Shown here one piece after another: positions 8,858 through 17,016 of a stretch of DNA of 64,000 nt. A model generated the notes under the pieces. It saw only the letters and a list, made by a program, of their open reading frames with translations, made no database searches and was not told the origin of the DNA. This DNA is from an uncultured bacterium (lineage in GTDB: Bacteria > Planctomycetota > UBA1135 > GCA-002686595): positions 491,708 through 555,707 of the forward strand of contig CALSNU010000003.1 in assembly GCA_943787795.1 (NCBI GenBank). The letters are read 5' to 3'. How positions within the stretch are numbered: the first letter of the stretch is position 1; each line of letters starts with the position of its first letter. The position numbers were made by a program, and so were the translations under genes.

Positions 8858-11626
8858 ATGAGCGTGTACACCGACTACCTCGAGCAGATCGAGGCCCGCA
8901 AGGGCCAGGGCCTCCACCCCAAGCCCATCGAGGACGCCGAGCTGGTCGAGGCGCTCATCGCCCAGATCGAGGACGCCGGGAACGAGCACCGCGAGGCCTC
9001 GCTCCAGTTCTTCATCTACAACACGCTTCCCGGGACGACCAGCGCGGCGGGGGCCAAGGCTCGCTTCCTGAAGCGGATCGTCCTCGGTGACGCGGTGGTC
9101 GAGGAGATCACTCCCACGTTTGCCCTCGAGCTGCTCTCGCACATGAAGGGTGGCCCGTCGGTGGAGGTGCTGCTCGACCTCGCCCTCGGGGACGACGCCG
9201 GGATCGCGCGCCAGGCGGCCGACGTCCTCAAGACCCAGGTCTTCCTCTACGAGGCGGACACCGATCGCCTGAAGGCCGCCCACGGGGCCGGCCACGCGCT
9301 CGCGACCGAGATCCTGGAGAGCTACGTCCAGGCCGAGTTCTTCACCTCGCTCCCCGAAGTGGACGAGACGATCCAGGTCGTCACCTTCGTCACCGCGGTG
9401 GGCGACGTGTCCACGGACCTCCTCTCGCCGGGGAGCGACGCCCACTCCCGGTCGGACCGCGAGCTCCACGGCCAGTGCCTCTTCGAGCACGACAAGGAGA
9501 AGCAGGACGCACTCCGGGCGCTGCAGGCCCAGCACCCCGACAAGCGGATCATGCTCGTGGCGGAGAAGGGCACCATGGGCGTGGGCTCCTCCCGCATGTC
9601 CGGGGTGAACAACGTCGCCCTCTGGACCGGCGTTCAGGCGAGCCCCTACGTCCCGTTCATCAACATCGCGCCCGTGGTCGGCGGCACCAACGGGATCTCG
9701 CCGATCTTCCTCACCACCGTGGGGGTCACCGGCGGCATCGGGCTCGACCTGAACAACTGGGTCAAGCGGCTGGGGCCGGACGGCGAGCCGGTCCTCGACG
9801 CGGACGGCGAGCCCGTGCTGGAGGAGGTCTTCTCGATCGACACGGGCACCGTCCTGACGATCAACACGCGCACCAAGAGGCTCTACGACGAGAGCGGCGC
9901 AAAGGAGCTCTGCGACATCTCCCCGGCCTTCACCCCCCAGAAGCTGGAGTTCATCCGGGCCAAGGGGTCCTACGCCGTGGTCTTCGGCAAGAAGCTCCAG
10001 ACCACCGCGGCGGAGATCCTCGGGGTGGAGAAGCCGGCGGTGTACGCCGCCGCCAAGGAGGTCTCCCACGCGGGGCAGGGCCTGACCGCTGTGGAGAAGA
10101 TCTTCAACCGCAACGCCGTGGGGACGACGCCGGGCGCCGTGCTGCACGCCGGGTCGGACGTGCGGGTCAAGGTCAACATCGTCGGCTCCCAGGACACGAC
10201 GGGCCTGATGACCTCCCAGGAGCTCGAGATGATGGCGGCCACCGTCATCTCCCCGACCGTGGACGGGGCCTACCAATCCGGCTGCCACACGGCGTCGGTC
10301 TGGGACAAGAAGGCGCAGCGCAACATCCCGAAGCTCATGAGCTTCATGAACGACTTCGGGCTGATCACCGCGCGGGACCCCGAGGAGAAGTACCCGGCGA
10401 TGACCGACGTCATCCACAAGGTCTTGAACGACCTCGCCGTGGACGACCGCGCCGTGATCATCGGCGGCGACTCCCACACCCGCATGTCGAAGGGTGTGGC
10501 CTTCGGCGCCGACTCCGGCACCGTGGGCCTGGCCCTCGCGACGGGTGAGGCGACCATGCCCATCCCCGAGTCCGTCAAGGTGACCTTCAAGGGCACCCTC
10601 AAGGATCACATGGACTTCCGGGACGTGGTGCACGCGACCCAGGCGCAGATGCTCCAGGAGTTCGGGGACAACGTGTTCCAGGGCCGCATCATCGAGGTCC
10701 ACCTGGGCACCCTGCTCTCCGATCAGGCGTTCACCTTCACGGACTGGACGGCGGAGATGAAGGCCAAGGCTTCGATCTGCATCTCGGAGCCGGAGACCCT
10801 CATCGAGTCCCTCGAGATCGCCCGGGATCGGATCCAGATCATGATCGACAAGGGCATGGACAACGAGGGCGCCGTGCTGGCGGGCCTCGTGGCCCGCGCC
10901 GAGGCGCGCATCGCCGGGCTCCGCTCCGGCGAAGACCCGGCCCTGCTGCCGGATGACGACGCCCGCTACGCCGCGGAGTTCACCGTCGACCTCGACATCA
11001 TCGACGAGCCGATGATCGCGGATCCGGACGTGAACAACGATGACGTGTCGAAGCGCTACACCCACGACACCATCCGCCCGGTCTCTCACTACGGCGGCAC
11101 CAAGGAGGTCGACCTGGGCTTCGTGGGCTCCTGCATGATCCACAAGGGCGACATGCAGATCATCGCGCAGATGCTGAAGAACATCGAGACGAAGGAGGGC
11201 TCGGTGACCTTCAAGGCGCCCCTCGTGGTGGCCCCGCCGACCTACAACATCGTCGACGAGCTCAAGGCCGAAGGCGACTGGTCCATCCTCCAGAAGTACT
11301 CGGGCTTCGAGTTCGACGACCTGCTGCCCAAGAGCACGGCCCGCACCCAGTACGAGCCGATGATGTACCTGGAGCGGCCCGGCTGCAATCTGTGCATGGG
11401 CAACCAGGAGAAGGCGGCGAAGGGTGACACCGTGATGGCCACCTCGACGCGCCTCTTCAAGGGCCGCGTGGTCGCGGATAGCGACGAGAAGAAGGGCGAG
11501 TCGCTCCTCGCCTCGACCCCGGTGGTCGTCCTCTCCACGATCCTCGGGCGCACCCCGAGCATGGACGAGTACCTCGCCGCGGTGGACGGGATCAAGCTCA
11601 CCAGCTTCGCGCCCCCGGTGGACTGA
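8858..11626 (+). CDS. acnB: Bifunctional aconitate hydratase 2 / 2-methylisocitrate dehydratase
   Basis: GVGSSRMSG, GSQDTTG, GGDSHTR, FVGSCM and PGCNLCMGNQ (4Fe-4S cysteines), plus an N-terminal HEAT-like domain (RKGQGLHPKP). Confidence 0.95.
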   Translation: MSVYTDYLEQIEARKGQGLHPKPIEDAELVEALIAQIEDAGNEHREASLQFFIYNTLPGTTSAAGAKARFLKRIVLGDAVVEEITPTFALELLSHMKGGPSVEVLLDLALGDDAGIARQAADVLKTQVFLYEADTDRLKAAHGAGHALATEILESYVQAEFFTSLPEVDETIQVVTFVTAVGDVSTDLLSPGSDAHSRSDRELHGQCLFEHDKEKQDALRALQAQHPDKRIMLVAEKGTMGVGSSRMSGVNNVALWTGVQASPYVPFINIAPVVGGTNGISPIFLTTVGVTGGIGLDLNNWVKRLGPDGEPVLDADGEPVLEEVFSIDTGTVLTINTRTKRLYDESGAKELCDISPAFTPQKLEFIRAKGSYAVVFGKKLQTTAAEILGVEKPAVYAAAKEVSHAGQGLTAVEKIFNRNAVGTTPGAVLHAGSDVRVKVNIVGSQDTTGLMTSQELEMMAATVISPTVDGAYQSGCHTASVWDKKAQRNIPKLMSFMNDFGLITARDPEEKYPAMTDVIHKVLNDLAVDDRAVIIGGDSHTRMSKGVAFGADSGTVGLALATGEATMPIPESVKVTFKGTLKDHMDFRDVVHATQAQMLQEFGDNVFQGRIIEVHLGTLLSDQAFTFTDWTAEMKAKASICISEPETLIESLEIARDRIQIMIDKGMDNEGAVLAGLVARAEARIAGLRSGEDPALLPDDDARYAAEFTVDLDIIDEPMIADPDVNNDDVSKRYTHDTIRPVSHYGGTKEVDLGFVGSCMIHKGDMQIIAQMLKNIETKEGSVTFKAPLVVAPPTYNIVDELKAEGDWSILQKYSGFEFDDLLPKSTARTQYEPMMYLERPGCNLCMGNQEKAAKGDTVMATSTRLFKGRVVADSDEKKGESLLASTPVVVLSTILGRTPSMDEYLAAVDGIKLTSFAPPVD

Positions 11627-11639
11627 ATCGGCGGCCCGT

Positions 11640-12917
11640 TCAGCCGAGGAGGTAGGCCTTGAGGGCCGCGGAGTTCGCGGGGATCGTCACGGCCTGCTTG
11701 GGTCGGTCGATGATCGCCGTGAGCCGCTCGGGCATCTCTGGTGAACGGCCGATAGCGGGGGCCACCACCTCGCCGAACTTGCACGGAGCGGCCGTGTGCA
11801 GGAAGACCCCGCGGGCTGCGGGGTCGTCGCGGAGGACGGCGTCGAGCGCAGCGTGGCCGATGGCGCCGTGGGGGTCCACGACGTAGCCGGAGGTCTCGTA
11901 CACCTGCTGCATCCGCGCGCGGGTGGCGGGGTCGTCGAGGTAGAAGCCGCGGACCGTGGCGCGGAGGGCCTCGAGGTCGTCGCCGACGAGCCGGAGCAGG
12001 CGGATGAAGTTGCTCGGGGCGCCGACGTCCATGGCGTTGGAGATGGTGGGGATGCTCGGGCGCGGGCGGTAGTCGCCGGTCTCCAGGTACTCGGGGACCA
12101 CGCGATTCACGTTGGTGGCGGCGACGAACCCCCGGCACGGCATGCCCATGCGGTGCGCCAGGAGTCCGGCGGCGAGGTTTCCGTAGTTGCCGGAGGGCAC
12201 GCTGAAGATGACCTCCCCCCCCAGTCGTTGGACCGCGCTGGCGAAGGTGGTGGCCTGTGGGATCCACCGGGCGATGTTGATCGAGTTGGCGCTGGTGAGG
12301 GGCCGCGCAGCCTGGAGCTCGGCGTCGAGAAAGGCGGACTTGACCATGGTCTGGCAGTCGTCGAAGGCGCCCTCGACCTCCAGCGCCTGCACGTTGCCGC
12401 CCACGGTGGTGAGCTGCTGCTCCTGCACGCGGCTAATACGCCCCTTGGGGTACAGCAGCACCACGTCGATGCCCTCCACGCCGTGGAATCCCTGGGCGAC
12501 GGCGCTGCCCGTGTCGCCGCTGGTGGCGACCAGCACCGTCACCTTTCGGTCGCTGAAGTGGCTGATCGCGCGGGCCAGGAAGCGGGCGCCCACGTCCTTG
12601 AACGCCAGGGTCGGCCCGTGGAAGAGCTCGAGCGCGTAGCGGCGCTCGTCGGTCTCGACCAGGGGGAAGGGGAAGTCGATGGCCTCGGCGCAGATGCGCT
12701 CGAGGTCAGCGCGGCCCATCGAGCCCTCGGCGAAGGGCCAGAGGATCTCCGTCGCGAGCTGATGGTGCTCCATGTCCGGGGTCGCCGCCCAGGTCTCGAG
12801 GGGGACCGTCGGGATCTCGTTCGGGAAGTAGAGCCCCCCTCCCGGAGGAAGGCCGCGCAGGATCGCTTTGTGGAAGGGTGCCGTCTCGCCGTGGTCTCGT
12901 GTGCTGTGGAAGTCCAT
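11640..12917 (-). CDS. thrC: Threonine synthase
   Basis: LELFHGPTLAFKD (PLP lysine), ATSGDTGSA, SANSINIAR, VPSGNYGN and TISNAMDVG. Confidence 0.95.
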   Translation of the reverse strand: MDFHSTRDHGETAPFHKAILRGLPPGGGLYFPNEIPTVPLETWAATPDMEHHQLATEILWPFAEGSMGRADLERICAEAIDFPFPLVETDERRYALELFHGPTLAFKDVGARFLARAISHFSDRKVTVLVATSGDTGSAVAQGFHGVEGIDVVLLYPKGRISRVQEQQLTTVGGNVQALEVEGAFDDCQTMVKSAFLDAELQAARPLTSANSINIARWIPQATTFASAVQRLGGEVIFSVPSGNYGNLAAGLLAHRMGMPCRGFVAATNVNRVVPEYLETGDYRPRPSIPTISNAMDVGAPSNFIRLLRLVGDDLEALRATVRGFYLDDPATRARMQQVYETSGYVVDPHGAIGHAALDAVLRDDPAARGVFLHTAAPCKFGEVVAPAIGRSPEMPERLTAIIDRPKQAVTIPANSAALKAYLLG

Positions 12918-12922
12918 GGGGA

Positions 12923-13855
12923 TCAGGCGTCGTTGCTGAGGACGTGAGCCCCCCGAGTGGAGATGGAGCTGAGATGAACCTGGTGGCCTGCGCCGGCCTC
13001 GTGGAGAGCCGCCGAGATCGCCCGACCCACGTCGTCGGCGGTGCGTCGGTCCAGGCTGACCCAGTAGCTCGATGGACCGCTCCCGCTGATGCCGCCTGCC
13101 CGGGCGCCGGCGTCCAGGGCCGCGTGCCCGATGGTCTTGAAGTAAGGCTGGAGCGGGATGCGGTGCGGCTCCGCGAGGACGTCCTCAAGGGCGAGCGCTG
13201 CATCCAGAGCATCGCCAGAGTGACAGCAGTGCACGAAGCGGCCCAGCCGCGCCATCTGCTGCAGGGCGTCCGTCAGCGGGACGGCGCCGGGGAGCACTGC
13301 GCGGGCCTCCGCGGTCTCGATGACGGCCTCGGGATGCACCACGGTGAGGTGCCAGTCCGGCGGGGGCAGGCGGTCGACGCGCCCGTCTGGACCCACGAGG
13401 CACAGCCCTCCGAGCAGGGCCGGCGCCACGTTGTCCGCGTGCCGGGCTCCGCTGGCGACCTGCTCACCATCCAGAGCCATGGGTAGCAGGTCCTCCGGGC
13501 TCAGGTTGGCACCTGCGAGCGCGGCCACGCCGAAGGCGGCGCTCGCGGCCGAAGCGGCGCTCGACCCGATGCCGCTGCCCGGCAAGACGGCCTTGTGGAC
13601 GGTCAACTCCACACCCCACTCCACGTCGAGCGCCCTGAGGACGCTGCGTGCAGCCACCCCGCTCACGTTCCGCTCCACCTCCAGGGGGAGGTCGGCGCCG
13701 TGGATGGCGGCGAGGGTGACGCCCGGCTCCCGTGTGCGCCTGAGCTCCAGCCGCTCCATCGGCCGCTCGAGCGCCAGGCCGAGGCAGTCAAACCCCACCG
13801 TGAGGTTGGCCACCGTCGCGGGGGCGGCCACAGTGATCTGCTTGAGAGGGGCCAT
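12923..13855 (-). CDS. thrB: Homoserine kinase
   Basis: APATVANLTVGFDCLG, PGSGIGSSAAS (GHMP kinase), HADNVAPALLGG and ISGSGPS; lies directly upstream of thrC. Confidence 0.93.
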   Translation of the reverse strand: MAPLKQITVAAPATVANLTVGFDCLGLALERPMERLELRRTREPGVTLAAIHGADLPLEVERNVSGVAARSVLRALDVEWGVELTVHKAVLPGSGIGSSAASAASAAFGVAALAGANLSPEDLLPMALDGEQVASGARHADNVAPALLGGLCLVGPDGRVDRLPPPDWHLTVVHPEAVIETAEARAVLPGAVPLTDALQQMARLGRFVHCCHSGDALDAALALEDVLAEPHRIPLQPYFKTIGHAALDAGARAGGISGSGPSSYWVSLDRRTADDVGRAISAALHEAGAGHQVHLSSISTRGAHVLSNDA

Positions 13856-13930
13856 TTGGGGGAGGCTCGAGGGACGGGCGGGCAGGTTGGGAGGCCGGTG
13901 CACAGGTGTGCTGCGCCGGCCGAGCCCGGT

Positions 13931-14344
13931 TCAGGCGCTCGCGTAGACGTTGAACCAGCGCTGGCAGTAGGTGCACTTCACGTCCCCGCTCGGAGAGACG
14001 TCGGCGCCTTCGCCTAGGGCGGCGCCGCAGTTGGTGCAGGCCAGCTGGGACGGACTCCGCGGTGTTCCTGCTGTCGGCGTTGCTGCGGCAGGACGCGCCG
14101 CTGTGGACGACGCGGCTCCAAGGGCCGAGCTCAGGGTGGAGGGGGCAGCGGCCGCTGCCTTTGGCTGGAGTCCAAGGGCCCCGGCAACACCGACGAGGAC
14201 GAAGACCGAGGCGATGAGGCTCCCGAAGACCTTGAAGAGCAGCGGAGGCGCCCCGAACCCCTCCGCGGACCAAAGGGCCACGATCATCACGAGGCCAATG
14301 GCCCCGAAGATAGCGGGAATGAGGCGACTGATGATCGTCGTCAT
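13931..14344 (-). CDS. Small 2-TM membrane protein with C-terminal zinc ribbon
   Basis: Two hydrophobic helices followed by CTNCGA...VKCTYC. Confidence 0.7.
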   Translation of the reverse strand: MTTIISRLIPAIFGAIGLVMIVALWSAEGFGAPPLLFKVFGSLIASVFVLVGVAGALGLQPKAAAAAPSTLSSALGAASSTAARPAAATPTAGTPRSPSQLACTNCGAALGEGADVSPSGDVKCTYCQRWFNVYASA

Positions 14345-14526
14345 GTGCGGATGATACGCGGGGACGGACGTGATGTCGGTCAGATCGCTCCAGGGTCGTC
14401 GAGCAACGGCCTGCGACCAAGATCGCTCGCGTGCGGTGCTCGGTGCATTCACCCGCTCTCGACGCCTCCTGCGCGCGCGCCTTGAGCTCCCGGAGCACAC
14501 CTCTCCGTGACCGAGGCGGTCCAGGC

Positions 14527-14596
14527 GAGCCAGTGTTCGTGCGAGCCAGTGTTCCTGCGGCCCAGTGTTCCTGCGGCCCAGTGTTCCCGCGGCCCA
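14527..14596. repeat. 16-bp tandem repeat, ~4.4 copies (G[AG][GC]CCAGTGTTCCTGC)
   Basis: Directly visible: gagccagtgttcgtgc/gagccagtgttcctgc/ggcccagtgttcctgc/ggcccagtgttcccgc/ggccca. Confidence 0.9.
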
Positions 14597-14899
14597 CAGC
14601 TCCCCGGGCAAGTGCTCCACCGCCTCGTGTTCAGGGGCGTCATGCTCAGGCGCCCCGGCCGCCGTCCGCGTGGCATCTGGCCACAGAGGCCGAGTCGGCT
14701 CTACCATTAGCCGCCGTGCCTATGGTGAGTTGATGGGGACCAGGCGGCCCCGCGGAGCGGAACGGCGATCACCTGGGAGACCCCGTTCGAGGCGCGGGGA
14801 TCGGGGTGTAGGAGGGGCGGTGGCGTGTTCTGGGACGGCGTGGCGCCTCAAAGAGGGAAGCCTTCAAGCGGCGCTCCGGGGTGGACGATGACCTCGCCC

Positions 14900-15097
14900 A
14901 TGGACGGAATCTCCAGCCAGCAATCCAGCGCACTCTCCAGGTCGAGCGCTTCCATTGGGAGCAAGATCAATGTGGCTGTTCTGGGCAAGGTCCAGGATCA
15001 GCAGAAGGCCGAGGGCGAGGCGGCGGTGCGCCTGATCGAATCCGCCCGCCTGGCGAAGGAGCCCGGCAAGGGCGGCCGGCTCGACGTGAGAGGCTAG
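14900..15097 (+). CDS. YjfB-like small protein
   Basis: 65 aa; INVAVLGKVQDQQKAEGEAAVRLIESA...GKGGRLDV resembles the YjfB pattern (VAVxKKxxD...G...LI...G..ID). Confidence 0.65.
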   Translation: MDGISSQQSSALSRSSASIGSKINVAVLGKVQDQQKAEGEAAVRLIESARLAKEPGKGGRLDVRG

Positions 15098-15119
15098 GGC
15101 CGCCCGCGTCGGGCGCACT

Positions 15120-15455
15120 TCAAGGGGCGGCAACGCTCGTTGAGAGCTGGAGGGTGATCACGCCCGCGATGATGAGGCCGAGCCCTGCGAGCGCCGCGGC
15201 GTCGAGCTCCTGACCGTGGAGCCACCAGGCGATCAGGGTCACGAGGAGGACGCCGACCCCGGACCAGACGGCGAAGGCGATCCCCACCGGGATGTCCCGG
15301 AGGCAGAGTGAGAGCATGTAGAAGGCGACGCCGTAGCCGACCGCGACGATGGCGCTCGGGATGGGGCGGGTGAACCCCTCGCTGGACCTGAGCGCCGAGG
15401 TCGCGGTGACCTCGGCGGCGATGGCGACGGCGAGGTAGAGCTAGCCAGGTGACAT
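15120..15455 (-). pseudogene. SMR-family (EmrE/QacE-like) multidrug efflux transporter with in-frame TAG at codon 5
   Basis: [30 protein letters not shown]...[14 protein letters not shown] is a canonical SMR sequence including the TM1 Glu. TAG at 15441-15443 falls where Trp is usual. Confidence 0.8.
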
Positions 15456-15691
15456 GGGTGCGCCCCGGGTGATCGGTCCTTGGGGATGTGGCGACGCCGG
15501 TGGGTTTTGGTGGCTCACGGGGTGCGCCGTGGCCTGAGGCGGCGGGGCTCTCCCGCTGCCTGCGGGCGAGAGTTCACCGCCAGATGAGCCGACGGATCGT
15601 CGCACCCGCGGCGCCCCATGGTCGGGGCGCGACAAGCAGGACGTGGAAGAGCTGCGACCACCCATCTTTCGCCGCCCGCTAGTCTGTGCCC

Positions 15692-16654
15692 ATGCGAATC
15701 GTCAGCTTGCTTCCGTCGTCCACGGAGATTGTCCACGTCCTCGGGCTCGACGCCGACCTCGTCGGGATCAGTCACGAGTGTGACTACCCGGCCTCGGTGA
15801 CAGACAGGCCAGTCCTGACCTCCTCGAAGATCGATATCGGCCAGCTCTCAGGGGACATCGACCGCGACGTTCGCCGCGTCCTGACCGATGCCCTCGCGGT
15901 CTATGACGTGGACGCCGAGGGGCTCGAGCGGGCCAGGCCGGACGTCGTGCTGACCCAGGACCTGTGCGATGTCTGCGCGGTGTCGATCCGCGACGTCGAG
16001 GCGGCGCTCCAGTCCATCGCGAGCGAGGGCGTCCAGCTTGTGAGCCTCCGGCCGACGCGGCTCGATGATCTTGACGGGGCCCATGGGGTCATGGGGGACA
16101 TCGAGCGGGTGGCCGAGGCGCTCGGTGAGGCCGCCGAAGGGAAGCGAGTCGCGGATGGGCTGCGGGACCGGCTCAGCAGCCTGCGCCAGCGTGCCGCGGA
16201 GGCCGTGGGGGCGGCGAGCCGACCGCGCGTCCTCACCATCGAGTGGATCGATCCCGTGATGGTCGGCGGCACCTGGATGCCCGAGCTCGTTGAGATCGCG
16301 GGGGGGGCGGCTCTGGTCACCGAACCAGGCCAGCACGCGCCGACCCTGGACCGTGGCGCCCTCTCGGCCCTCGATCCCGAGGTCGTCCTCATCAAGCCCT
16401 GCGGCTTCGACCTGGAGCGCACGCGGCAGGAGCTCGGGACCCTCCACGAGCTCATCGAGTCCATGCCCTGGCGCGACAGCGCGAAGTCGAGGACCTTCGT
16501 GGCGGACGGCAACGCCTTCTTCAATCGCCCGGGGCCGCGCCTCGTCGAGTCCGCGGAGATTCTCGCGGCCATGACTCACCCCTCGGCCTTTCCTGACCTG
16601 GTCGAACGTCATGGCGAGCACTACTTCCCGCTCCGCGCCGTGCCGTCCAGCTGA
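15692..16654 (+). CDS. BtuF-like cobalamin/iron-siderophore-binding fold protein without signal peptide
   Basis: MRIVSLLPSSTEIV...GISHECDYP, TQDLCDVCAVS and FNRPGPRLVESAEILA. Confidence 0.85.
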   Translation: MRIVSLLPSSTEIVHVLGLDADLVGISHECDYPASVTDRPVLTSSKIDIGQLSGDIDRDVRRVLTDALAVYDVDAEGLERARPDVVLTQDLCDVCAVSIRDVEAALQSIASEGVQLVSLRPTRLDDLDGAHGVMGDIERVAEALGEAAEGKRVADGLRDRLSSLRQRAAEAVGAASRPRVLTIEWIDPVMVGGTWMPELVEIAGGAALVTEPGQHAPTLDRGALSALDPEVVLIKPCGFDLERTRQELGTLHELIESMPWRDSAKSRTFVADGNAFFNRPGPRLVESAEILAAMTHPSAFPDLVERHGEHYFPLRAVPSS

Positions 16655-16683
16655 CAGGGTGCTCTTGCGGGGGGCGCCTCATG

Positions 16684-16761
16684 GGGGTGCCCTGACGGGG
16701 TGCCCTGAAGGCGTGCCCTGAAGGCATGCTCTGGCGGCATGCTCTGGCGGCATGCTCTGGC
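16684..16761. repeat. 13-bp tandem repeat, 6 copies with progressive divergence
   Basis: ggggtgccctgac/ggggtgccctgaa/ggcgtgccctgaa/ggcatgctctggc x3. Confidence 0.9.
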
Positions 16762-17016
16762 TGAGGCTACCTGGGGCCCGGGCTCCGTCGGAGGCAATCT
16801 CCTCGGTCGAAGTGTGGCCGCGACGGCGGGGAGGTCATCCAGCGATGCGCCCGCGCGGGTTGCAGAAAGCACGTGCTCTGTCAGGATCAGGGGCAGTCGC
16901 CGGCCAGCGCTCGGTGGAGACAAAGCCTGCTGCGCCACGGGCCAGAGCGCCTCGGGGGGGGATTCCCAAGGGTGCGCTGCACGACCGTTGGTCGTCGTCC
17001 CCCTGGGGGGAGCGGG

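Noticed and set aside
14527..14596. Possible CRISPR array (also considered 16684-16761, 24365-24424, 25284-25338 and 35890-35961)
   Set aside because: Units are 13-20 bp, directly abutting, with no unique 25-45 bp spacers and no cas genes nearby.
15441..15443. Genome-wide TAG recoding (pyrrolysine or amber reassignment)
   Set aside because: TAG is the evident terminator for several intact genes here (e.g. ends at 15097, 20111, 28326, 30361, 31945, 58285), and no pyl genes or suppressor tRNA were seen.
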